Below, piece by piece: positions 10,507 to 22,275 of a stretch of 64,000 nt of DNA. The translations under genes and the position numbers were made by a program. Within the stretch, counting starts at the first letter, position 1. The number at the start of each line of letters is the position of its first letter. Source of the DNA: Macrostomum hystrix (Eukaryota > Animalia > Platyhelminthes); assembly GCA_950097015.1 (NCBI GenBank), contig CATNEN010000038.1, positions 806,001-870,000 on the forward strand, given 5' to 3'. A model generated the notes under the pieces. The model was not told the DNA's origin. It worked only from the letters and a program-made list of their open reading frames with translations, and ran no database searches.

Positions 10507-12364
10507 GGAAAAATACAATTGCGAAGTTATTGTAGCTGTCATAATCTTTTACAAAGGTTACCTCATACTTTTCAAAACAATGTCTTTGGAGAGCTAGATT
10601 AATATTACGAACATTGATATAGACGTTGGGCCAATATTTCCTCATGTACAACTCGCTGCATTCTAGTTTGCATAGGTACTTACTCTTGTAATTGGGCTCG
10701 TGCTTGGCATAGTAAGATCCTGGAGAGAAGATTGGAAACATTTTTATTGAGGATTTTTTCGGAGGATGAACACCCAAGGTAGAAGGTAAAGTTGTTGGGT
10801 TGTGAATCTGGGTGTTAGTGGGCTTGGAGTCAGAGAAGAAAGAAGACTGCTTTCGTCTGGTTTGTGGATTGTAAATAAAGAGTTTTGCAGAAGGGGCGGG
10901 TACCTTTTTATCACATCTAGTCCTGAATAATGAGAATACTGGTTTGTGGATTGTAATTGTAATTTTTGTCCAAGAATCCCTCCTTTCCATACTACTTCTG
11001 ACTGACGGCGCAGCGAGTGCAATGCGGGCAGACATGAAATGGCAGACAGGCAGGCAGAAAGGTTCAATGCAGGGTTTGATAGGCAGAGGCCTATAAATGC
11101 ACCAAAAAGTGTAAATCTTTCCATAACCTTCTATAGTCACCGATAGTTCATAATTTTAATTTCCCGTTGAGTGGGGGTCACATCGGCGCCGTCCGATATA
11201 ATTAAGGCTTTTTTATAACACCGCAATCGAAAAATACCGTTTTAAGAGCTTCTGCATTCACGTCGACTGTCACTGTGATATCTACGGTAGACATTTTCGC
11301 ATTTAAGCTTCATTAACCCCTGGAACCCAGTGGCTCCAGAGCAGCCATCTAACTGTAAGCAAATCCCTGATTGCTTAGGTCTGAGTCGAGGCTGTCTTAA
11401 CATTCAGGCAATTAAAATAACAGTAGTTTAATAATCTAAAACAAAGTTTTTGCTAATTGTCGTGTCGTTTAGAGAGACTCTTATGTTTGTTAGTTTGGAG
11501 CGAATACGATAATATATTTATGCATCAGTCACATCACTTATATAGAACGCGAGATACAAGTACGAGTACAAGGTGCGATATTATTGAGCGGTGGCCACGT
11601 GCCACACAATAGGCATGTACATTAATAGGTCAGAGTTAAAGGACATTGGCGGCACCGTGCCCGCCCACGCTCAGGCTATCAATGCGCCTGGCCGCGATAG
11701 ACCGACGGCGCCACACTAATAAAAAAAAACAAAAACACAGAAGCGGGCATGTAACTGTTTGTCGCTGAGAAGTTAATTAACGAATTAACTCATCCTGACC
11801 TCTGCTTGGGCTCCTCAGCTGTAGCAAAAGAAGCATTATCATCGTCACTGACTTCACTATCACTGCCAGAACTTGCCGAAGATAAACTGGTATTGGAGTC
11901 GCTGTCCAATCCAAGACGGCGGCGTGCTTCAAAAGCAGCCGCTCCTCTTTGTGGTTTGCTTCTTTCAGCAATGCAAAGAAAATAGGAAACAGCAAGAGGC
12001 AAGGAATCTAATAACTTGGTCTGTTTTCTCTCTGCCACTCTCTCTGTACAAACTCTTAACCACTATGGGTCATGGACAGCTTCTCCGAGTCGCCGGTAGT
12101 ATATTAAGTGACCAATAGCGGGTAGACTCGAGGTGCAAAATTCGGGGGTCAAAACCGTCTATGGCCGCTCTGCCGCCAGCGCAGCCAGCGGTTTTTTTTC
12201 AGAGTGCATGGAATAGCATGCGGTGCTGAAGTGGCCTAAAGTGGGGCTTAAGTATTTAAGACGCTTCTTGCCAATACCTGTCTGTACCTAGACAGGAATG
12301 GAAAGGAACAGACAGACTCACTTATAATAATAATAATGCCTATATTAACAATAATATTAATTTC

Positions 12365-12582
12365 AGGAGGGCCGAGGGCAGTTGAACATCATTTGGTAAC
12401 ACAAGATCTGCAGCCAGCGAGGAGTCGATTTTGCAGGTGTGTACATCTGCCCTGACTCATCATCAAGCAGTGTACACTCTCACTGTGCCTTGGAGGTTGG
12501 CCCTCATTAAGTGCGTAAATTGCACGACAAGCTCAGGGACCTTGGTGCGAGAGACAGACGCGTTATCCGCTCTGCCACTCAC
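12365..12582 (-). mobile_element. tRNA-derived SINE, family A (internally deleted copy)
   Basis: Reverse complement begins GGTGAGTGGCAGAGCGG (A box) and shares GGCCAACCTCCAAGGCACAGTG, GTGTACAC and CTCCTCGCTGGCTGC with six other copies in the window. Confidence 0.8.
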
Positions 12583-12881
12583 CCGGACAGACTCAGTGAA
12601 TATGTGAGTAGCAGCAAGTTTAGGCTCCTGGATTTTATGCTGCTATTCGCTGTGGACAATAGCTTGGGAGACAATATGCTCATCATTTATCTATTTCTAT
12701 CGAGTCGCTCAGCTATTTTCTATACTAAATACCACACAGTTTTGTACAGCCCAATTCTATCTCATTAACACTGCGCTTGGTGTGCAACCCACCCAAGTTT
12801 ATAAAAGACTTTGCTGCCACGCATAGGGTAGGCATTGCTTTTTTACCAACCGCCTTATAGTCGAGAAGACAAACCTCCGAA

Positions 12882-15089
12882 ATGCAGAGGCGACAACAGA
12901 GGATGGCTGAGGAGGTAAAATTTATTATTCTTCAACTTTTGTTATTGACGAATAACAGTTGTAAGCAAAAGCGCAGTGCTAAAGTTATAATATTATTTCA
13001 ATTTGGTAGAATGTACTGGGAGAAAGCTTTTTTCTGTGTTTTACCACTCTTCAATTCCCATTTTCGAGCCCCGTATATCTCTATCGACTCGTTACCACAG
13101 CGAAACCTTCACGTAGCGTCACTCAGATTGAAAAGTAAATGTTTGGCTTCTCTGGCTGCTCAGTATCAGAATCTTGCTCTGTTTCTAAGTCTTCAAAAGC
13201 AGACAAAATGCTCCATAGTCAGAGTATTCATTCAGTAAAACTGACCAATCAAGTTTGCAATCGGGCAATCATCGATCCCCATGCTCACGCCTTTCTAGGA
13301 ACACAATCTTGTGTCTTCGGTGGAGGCTAGCAGCTCTACCGGCGATGGGGAAAGAGAGAACTGCCTCCTGGAAGCGAGCCCATTGTGCCGGCTGCAGTGC
13401 CTAGTCTTGGTTCTCGTTGTGGTTTCCGTAGGCTTCGTGGCCGCACTAAACGAGGCCACCGTAACTTACCATGAGAACCACCGGATTCACCCGAACACCA
13501 GCCATTTGCCGTGGTACAAGCAGGACAATCCGAACCTCTGGGTCTGCCTAGTAATCAAGTGCCTGCTAATGTTCACTGGTATCTGCTCGATAATCTATAT
13601 GCATTGCTGCGTCTTGCGACCGGGAAAGATTGCCGTATCAAGCTTCATTCACAATCCTTCCGAAAGAAATCAGAGGTACAACCTCCAGATGGTACACCGG
13701 CTTTTTGAACTACCTGCTATTGTTGCCACTTATCGCACAAAGATGTTTATCTCGATATTTATTATTTTCGCAATTCTTGGGGTCATCTGCTCCGTGGCTG
13801 AGACAATTAGCGATGTTATTGACATTCAAGACCAGAGCGTGTACAAGTTCATACCCTACGCGGATGCAATTCGATGCCTCCTGCTCATATTCTTCATAGC
13901 CCTTCAAACCGCTTTCTTCGTGAAGCACAATCGAGCCTGCCTGCAGTGGAAACTACAACCGACTTGGTTCGCAATCAGCATTGTCTTCTCCGTCAATCTG
14001 TGTTTGTGGTTTTTCTACGTCTCTCAGGAAATTTCGCAAATTGTTCAGGGGAGTCACGTTTGCAATTCTAGCCACGACACGTTAGAGAGCCAGCTGCGCG
14101 AGCAACTCACAAATACAGCAGAGATCATGTTCCCATTTCTAATCGAATACTTCATCATGGGTGCAATTCTTTGTGGCAGCTTCTTATCCAACACTGGCTG
14201 CCTCGCTCGAGAACTGCGCAGAATTCAGCAACAATTACACTGCCTGACAACTGACGCCATTCGCGACCGGCTGTTCTCTCAGCTGGGCCGGCGCGGGGCA
14301 GCGACTGGATTGGCTGGCCGCTTGCGTAAGAATGCCCGAAGCATGCTCTTTGGCCTGCTCTTGGTTGCATCAGCACTGCTCATCTCAGTGCTCATGAAGC
14401 TATTCGTATGCGATAGAGAGCCCTGGCACGTCATTTCAACCTACATTCTGGTGGTTTTCTACGCAACCGGCTCTGTCTGCTCCGTTGTGCTGTTGCGCGC
14501 CTTCCGCTCGGTGGCGGGCGATTCCAGGGAAGCGCGGGCTCGCACCGCGGCCGACCGCCTCATGCTCTGGTGCGGCGTTGTCGCCGTCCTCGTCAACGAC
14601 CTGCATCGCTTTTGGCGAGCGTTTCAGAGGGATGACGACGAGCTTTATTATCTGCAGAACTCCATCGGCACGGCCCTTGTGACGGTGTTCAATATCTGTC
14701 AGAGCGTGCTTCAAGTGTACGTGCTGGAATGCATCCTGCTTCAGAAGCTAAAGTCCACCGGTGTTGAGGTCGGTGGCAGGACGCGGTGGGGCGAGCACAT
14801 GCTAGTGAACCTCATGCTGATAAACGCAATCGAGTGGCTGGTCAGCGCGGTCGCCTTCAGCCTGTACTTCTTCTCTAGCAGCAGCAGTAGCAGCGCTTCG
14901 ACCCTGGCCCTATCGGTGATCAGCGCGCCACTACAGGTGTTCTTCCGCTTTCACTCCATTGGCTGCATCCACGAGTTCCGCAAGCACTTCAGGGAGGGTT
15001 ACTCTGAACCTTCGCATTACTCACGAAGGGATGAACGAGCAAACATCGTCTTTCCGACTATGACGTCTAGCTACGGAGCGATTTTTTGA
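12882..15089 (+). CDS. OTOP: Otopetrin-family proton channel; exons 12882-12914 and 13299-15089
   Basis: Multi-TM protein with otopetrin hallmarks FPFLIEY and PLQVFFRFHS. An in-frame phase-0 GT..AG intron joins MQRRQQRMAEE to ORF 13311..15089. Confidence 0.88.
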
Positions 15090-15224
15090 GATCGATTTTA
15101 TAAATTGATTTGCCGAAAATGGAGTTCCAGCCTAGCCTAGTTCTGTTAGGCTGGTATTGAGTGGTTACACTATAAACAAAACGCTTTAATTTTACTTTAA
15201 CAGTAGAAAGACCAAAAGACCAAA

Positions 15225-15258
15225 GACGCGTTTCGCACTTTGCGTGCATCTTCAGGTT
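15225..15258 (-). ncRNA. Minimal type I hammerhead ribozyme motif (Penelope-like element type), ending at the cleavage site
   Basis: Minus strand: AAC-CUGAAGA-U-GCAC-GCAAA-GUGC-GAAA-CGCG-UC. Full catalytic core, 4-bp stem II, palindromic ACGCGU stem III; 3' arm of stem I absent. Confidence 0.75.
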
Positions 15259-15330
15259 GACTTTTTCTGACTAATAATTTTCATTATACCCATAAATTTC
15301 CACCCAGTCGCATTCTCTCAATCGCGAATA

Positions 15331-15367
15331 AACCTGAAGATGCACGCAAAGTGCGAAAAGAGTCGTT
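15331..15367 (+). ncRNA. Second minimal hammerhead motif, inverted relative to the first
   Basis: AAC-CUGAAGA-U-GCAC-GCAAA-GUGC-GAAA-AGAG-UC-GUU. Stem I (AAC/GUU) present, stem III palindrome mutated. Confidence 0.7.
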
Positions 15368-17219
15368 ATACCAGATATTTATATTCTCCATGTTGATTTT
15401 CGGTTTCCTATTTTAGTCCGTATTCTGCGTTTCCATGGCGATTGGTTGAAAATTTTAGGAGATTTCAGAAATTTCAGAAAAATATGGGTATTTGAAATAA
15501 CCTGTGGTCTTTATAGCTACATTTAAAGCTTCTTCAAACATTTTCAAAATATCCCTTGCTCTAAGAAGGACGTTGCTCCTAAAAGTTAAATACTTATAAA
15601 TTTGTAATTCAGTCAAAGGGAAACTATGAGTGTACTTGAGCAAAGATACAAAATATGTCAAATTGGCACCAGAATCAGCTGGGGTAGAAAAATGAGTGTG
15701 TGGCGACCCCAGTCCACGGATTGAACAGGTGTACACAGACTTTGGAAGCGCCACGTACTAGCTGCGGCTGTGACACTGGCTGTACATACGACCCACCAAA
15801 AGAAGGACGATTAAAACACTAGTAGCACCTTAAAATGGGACATTTCCAATCGCATTCATCGGAACTTTGTATTAAAATACGCCTCTTTAAACTGAAAAAT
15901 AGAGATACTAAGTAATAAGCTAATCAATTCCGTCAGATGTGCAGCCGCGCGTATCTATCTATATCCAGTCGTGAGTCCGACGCTCTCACCACTAACTACG
16001 ATGAAGTTACAAATCGCTTTTTGTAAACCGCCAGTCGACTTCCTTCAACAACTCCGAAGCTTTTTAAAGCGACTTTAAAAGTCTATAAAGGCCCGTTCAA
16101 GTATTTGGTGACCTTTAATCAAGCTTAGGTCACAGATAATAGGAAACTTGTTGGAAAATTTCCTTTACTATACATTTTTCTAACTAACACGCATCAATGA
16201 AGGAATATAAGTAGTATTTTTGAGTACATTAGCCAGTTGCACTCGCATTGGTTCAGTAATAAATCAACTTGTGTAGTTCTATTAAATAAATATTGGTTTT
16301 GTACAAATCTCTGTCATTCAGACCAAGCATGCGACCTGATAGTTTAGTAATAAGCCTTTTTTAATTTACAGCTTATTCGACGCTGCTTTCTATTATAAGC
16401 TATGACTATAATAAGCTCAGCAACCTAACTGAATCCATTAATCCATAATAAAGTACCGAAGCAAGCTGTTTAATGTCGTTTGAAGTGCCGTCAAGGAGCT
16501 CCAGGAAGTTTTACTTGGTGTTCCGGGCCATCCTGCTTGGGTAAAAGCAACATTATTTTTATGCTACTAACTTGCTGAAATTTAACTCAGTTTCTAATCT
16601 AGCCAAATCCCATTTCGAGTCCGTGGGGTTGTTTGGCCACAAAGTCATTGGAAATTCATTGAAAAATGGTGGCCATGAAAGTCCTGATCCCGCGAAAGCC
16701 TTGGACTAAGGGCCCACAGCTGTTCTGAAATCCGATTTTTGTCGATCGAAAAAACTCCAATCCAAGTTCATTAAAGGGGAGAATTTTCCTAATCTACTCC
16801 CTAATATGCGATTACACGCGGGGATTTAAAATCTCTAAAGTCTTTGGATTGAGAGTAAAAAGGGAAATTCTTGGAAAGCAATTGGACTTTTCGGGAAGGG
16901 AATTCCAGATGACGTGGGTGGGAGCGAATTAGATTTGGGAATTAAGTTTTCCCTGATTTCTCCCTCAGTCGAGGCCAGTTCGTCTCCTGAACACAATTTG
17001 TTGAGGACACGGACAATTTCGGCTAAGCTCCAACCGCTCTATCTAGCATCCGCGTTGGATAAAGAAAATTTAGCGCTATAAAAATGAATCCCGGCTCAAG
17101 CAATGCATATCAAGTTTTATGTATTTTACTTGGCAGCCTATATATGAACTCAAAAATAGGATAACCTCCAAGAGAGAAGAATCACTGCAAATAACACTGA
17201 TCGGCTTGTGTAAAATCAT

Positions 17220-19160
17220 ATCCCCCATTAGACAGAAAGATCCCCCATTAGACAGAAAGATCCCCCATTAGACAGAAAGTTCTCACATTAGACAGAAAGA
17301 TCTCAGATTAGACAGAAAGATCTCCCATAGACAGAAAGATCCCCCATTAGACAGAAAGACCTTCCATTAGACAGAAAGATCCCCCATTAGACAGAAAGAC
17401 CTTCCATTAGACAGAAAGATCTCCCATTAGACAGAAAGACCTTACATTAGACAGAAAGATCTCCCATTAGACAAAAAGATCCCCTGTTAGACAGAAAATC
17501 CCAGGCTGTTTGACAGAAAGATCTCTCATTAGACAGAAAGATCTCCCATTAGACAGAAAGATCTCCCATTAGACAGAAAGATCTCCCATTAGACAGAAAG
17601 ATCTCCCATTAGACAGAAAGATCTCCCATTAGACAGAAAGACCTTACATTAGACAGAAAGATCTCCCATTAGACAAAAAGATCCCCTGTTAGACAGAAAA
17701 TCCCCTGTTTGACAGAAAGATCTCTCATTAGACAGAAAGATCTCCCATTAGACAGAAAGATCTCCCATTAGACAGAAAGATCTCCCATTAGACAGAAAGA
17801 TCTCCCATTAGACAGAAAGATCTCCCATTAGACAGAAAGATCTCCCATTAAACAGAAAGATCCCCCATTAGACAAAAAGATCTCCCATAAGACAGAAAGA
17901 TCTCCCATTAGACAGAAAGATCTCCCATTAGACAGAAAGATCTCCCATTAGACAGAAAGATCCCCCATTAGACAGAAAGACCTTCCATTAGACAGAAAGA
18001 TCCCCCATTAGACAGAAAGACCTTCCATTAGACAGAAAGATCTCCCATTAGACAGAAAGACCTTACATTAGACAGAAAGATCTCCCATTAGACAAAAAGA
18101 TCCCCTGTTAGACAGAAAATCCCAGGCTGTTTGACAGAAAGATCTCTCATTAGACAGAAAGATCTCCCATTAGACAGAAAGATCTCCCATTAGACAGAAA
18201 GATCTCCCATTAGACAGAAAGATCTCCCATTAGACAGAAAGATCTCCCATTAGACAGAAAGACCTTACATTAGACAGAAAGATCTCCCATTAGACAAAAA
18301 GATCCCCTGTTAGACAGAAAATCCCCTGTTTGACAGAAAGATCTCTCATTAGACAGAAAGATCTCCCATTAGACAGAAAGATCTCCCATTAGACAGAAAG
18401 ATCTCCCATTAGACAGAAAGATCTCCCATTAGACAGAAAGATCTCCCATTAGACAGAAAGATCTCCCATTAAACAGAAAGATCCCCCATTAGACAAAAAG
18501 ATCTCCCATAAGACAGAAAGATCTCCCATTAGACAGAAAGATCTCCCATTAGACAGAAAGATCTCCCATTAGACAGAAAGATCTCCCATTAGACAGAAAG
18601 ATCTCCCATTAGACAGAAAGATCTCCCATTAGACAGAAAGATCTCCCATTAAACAGAAAGATCCCCCATTAGACAGAAAGATCTCCCATTAGACAGAAAG
18701 ATCTCCCATTAGACAGAAAGATCTCCCATTAGACAGAAAGATCTCACATTAGACAGAAAGATCTCACATTAGACAGAAAGATCCCTTATTAGACAAAAAT
18801 ATCTCACATTAGACAGAAAGATCTCCCATTAGACAGAAAGATCCCCCATTAGAAAGAAAGATCTCCCATTAGACAAAAAGATCCCCCATTAGACAGGAAG
18901 ATCCCCCATAAGACAGAAAGATCTCCCATTAGACAAAAAGATCCCCCATTAGACAGAAAGATCTCCCATTAGACAGAAAGATCTCCCATTAGACAGAAAG
19001 ATCTCCCATTAGACAGAAAGATCTCCCATTAGACAGAAAGATCTCCCATTAGACAGAAAGATCTCCCATTAGACAGAAAGATCTCCCATTAGACAGAAAG
19101 ATCTCCCATTAGACAGAAAGATCTCCCATTAGACAGAAAGATCTCCCATTAGACAGAAAG
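17220..19160. repeat. 20-bp satellite (GATCTCCCATTAGACAGAAA), about 97 copies, with higher-order duplication
   Basis: Unit visible; the variant CCAGGCTG recurs at 17501 and 18122. Confidence 0.97.
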
Positions 19161-19579
19161 CTCCCCAGTTGGACAGAATTTCGTAAATAAAATAGCAAAG
19201 ACATGCCTCGAGCCTAGCACAAGCGAACTGGCCAATAATATTTCTGTAATGCAAGGCTAGTCCTAACGCCATTGGACAGAAGCTGGATGGGCTCAAATCC
19301 AATTAAGATACAGAGGGCTGCGAAGTTGCAATTTTCGCTTATTGTACAAGTTTCTCTAAAAAGGCTGGTCTAGTGCAGCCGCGGAAGAAGACTGAAAACT
19401 TTGAATGACTCGACCAAATGCCCAGAATTAGAGTAAGTTTTATCCACTGATTTGACCTTATCTTCAAGCTGTCACATTCAAGGTAAGAACAGGTTCGGTT
19501 TATAATCACATGTATGAGACTAAAAACCTAACAGCAAAAGCTTTACTGAATCCTGACTCCACTGCGAGCATGCGGGTGA

Positions 19580-21397
19580 TATCCCTGTTAGTCAGTGACA
19601 TCCCTGTTAGACAGTGAGATCCCTGTTAGACAGTGACATCCCTTTTAGACAGTGAGATCCCTGTTAGACAGTGACATCCCTTTTAGACAGTGACATCCCT
19701 GTTAGACAGTCACATCCCTTTTAGACAGTGACATCCCTGTTAGACAGTGAGATCCCTTTTAGACAGTGAGATCCCTGTTAGACAGTGACATCCCTGTTGA
19801 TACCTGTTAGACGGTGAGATCCCTGTTAGACAGTGACATCCCTGTTGATACCTGTTAGACGGTGAGATCCCTGTTAGACAGTGAGATCCCTGTTAGACAG
19901 TCACATCCCTTTTAGACAGTGAGATCCCTGTTAGACAGTCACATCCCTGTTAGACAGTGAGATCCCTGTTAGACAGTCACATCCCTTTTAGACAGTGAGA
20001 TCCCAGTTAGACAGTGACATCCCTGTTGATACCTGTTAGACGGTGAGATCCCTGTTAGACAGTGAGATCCCTTTTAGACAGTCACATACCTTTTAGGCAG
20101 TGAGATCCCTGTTAGACAGTGAGATCCCTTTTAGACAGTGAGATCCCTGTTAGACAGTCACATCCCTTTTAGGCAGTGAGATCCCTGTTAGACAGTGAGA
20201 TCCCTGTTAGACAGTGAGATCCCTGTTAGACAGTCACATCCCTTTTAGACAGTGAGATCCCTGTTAGACAGTCACATCCCTTTTAGGCAGTGAGATCCCT
20301 GTTAGACAGTGAGATCCCTGTTAGACAGTGAGATCCCTGTTAGACAGTCACATCCCTTTTAGACAGTGAGATCCCTGTTAGACAGTCACATCCCTTTTAG
20401 ATAGTGAGATCCCTTTTAGACAGTGAGATCCCTGTTAGACAGTGACATACCTTTTAGACAGTGAGATCCCTGTTAGACAGTCACATACCTTTTAGACAGT
20501 GAGATCCCTGTTAGACAGTCACATCCCTTTTAGACAGTGAGATCCCTGTTAGACAGTGACATCCCTGTTGATACCTGTTAGACGGTGAGATCCCTGTTAG
20601 ACAGTGACATCCCTGTTGATACCTGTTAGACGGTGAGATCCCTGTTAGACAGTGAGATCCCTGTTAGACAGTCACATCCCTTTTAGACAGTGAGATCCCT
20701 GTTAGACAGTCACATCCCTTTTAGACAGTGAGATCCCTGTTAGACAGTCACATCCCTTTTAGGCAGTGAGATCCCAGTTAGACAGTGACATCCCTGTTGA
20801 TACCTGTTAGACGGTGAGATCCCTGTTAGACAGTGAGATCCCTGTTAGACAGTCACATCCCTTTTAGGCAGTGAGATCCCTGTTAGACAGTGAGATCCCT
20901 TTTAGACAGTGAGATCCCTGTTAGACAGTCACATCCCTTTTAGGCAGTGAGATCCCTGTTAGACAGTGAGATCCCTGTTAGACAGTGAGATCCCTGTTAG
21001 ACAGTCACATCCCTTTTAGACAGTGACTTCCCTGTTTGACAATGACATCCCTGTTAGACAGTCACATACCTGTTAGAAAGTGGTTATCCCTGTTAGACAG
21101 TGGCATCCCTGTTAGAAAGTGGTAATCCCTGTTAGACAGTGGTAATCCCTGTTAGACAGTGAGATCCCTGTTAGACAGTCACATCCCTTTTAGACAGTGA
21201 CTTCTCTGTTTGACAATGACATCCCTGTTAGACAGTCACATACCTGTTAGAAAGTGGTTATCCCTGTTAGACAGTGGCATCCCTGTTAGAAAGTGGTAAT
21301 CCCTGTTAGACAGTGAGATCCCTGTCAGACAGTGACATCCCTGTCAGACAGTGACATCCCTGTTAGACTTTGGGATCCATGTTAGACATTGGGATCC
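19580..21397. repeat. 19-bp satellite (GATCCCTGTTAGACAGTGA), about 95 copies
   Basis: Unit visible, with alternating variants. Confidence 0.97.
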
Positions 21398-21929
21398 CGC
21401 AAATAGCTTTGGTGAAAAAAAATTAGCAATGCATTTTCAATGACACTCCTCACAGAAATTCGTGTTTACTCATTCTGCTTCAAAAGTGAAAAAATATTTT
21501 TGCGTTTCAAAAGCTAGACCTATAGTTATGGTGTGAGCCGTTTTTGTATAAGCATCTTTGCTCACAGACTGCTTTCTGCTGTCCCCCACAAAAAATTAAT
21601 GACCTAAAGATGGCTTTTAATTACTTTTGTGCACATCTCAGTGCACGCACACCAACAAGCCAGACAACACATTTTCTGTTCAAAAACAGCCTATTTAAGA
21701 TTGCCTTAGAGACGGCATGGTTCCTTGCGTGAATTGATTTAATTTATGCAGAGCATATGCTTGAATTTGAGCACAGAGCCAAGAGCACAGTTTGTGGCGG
21801 TAACTCTTCAGCTAATTTGTTATTCACAGAGCACACAATTTTTTTACTGTAACTGTCAATGCCTGGCTGCCCTCTCCTTCTCATCTTTTCTGCTCATTTC
21901 GTTCTCATTAATACCAGTGAACTCACTCA

Positions 21930-22145
21930 CCATCTCCCTCTCCTCCTCCTCTCCCTCTCCTTCTCATTTCCCCCCCTCCTTCTCATCTCCCCCTCCTTTT
22001 GATTTCCCCCTCCTTTTGATCTCCCTCTCCTCTTTTCTTCTCATTTCCTTCTCATTATAATCTAACTTTCTTATTTTCTTCTGCTTCACATCTCTTATTC
22101 TCATGTTTTCTTCATTCTTCTCTCCCCTTCCCACGTTTCTCTCCT
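21930..22145. repeat. Polypyrimidine low-complexity tract
   Basis: Almost exclusively C/T. Confidence 0.75.
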
Positions 22146-22275
22146 AGTCCTGAATGACATTGAACCATCGTGGACTGTATTAATTCGACTCTTGAACTCC
22201 TAAAGCTTCTCTTTTTCCCATTTGTTTAAAATGATGATGTCTCAGGATTAATCGGCTCCATTTAAACAGATCACA

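Larger units (their letters stand above)
8735..10510. mobile_element. Degenerate Polinton/Maverick (adintovirus-like) relic
   Basis: Three adjacent decayed virus-type genes (small Gly/Ala-rich protein, packaging ATPase, minor capsid) in intronless AT-rich DNA. No TIRs found; true ends unknown. Confidence 0.75.

Noticed and set aside
11313-12251. Possible piggyBac-like element (TTAACCCC start, acidic DSDS ORF 11790-12038)
   Set aside because: The two ends are not inverted repeats and no transposase motif is visible.
17220-21397. CRISPR-like appearance of regular repeats (also 32881-33695 and 46482-47123)
   Set aside because: No unique spacers, no cas genes, eukaryotic context.
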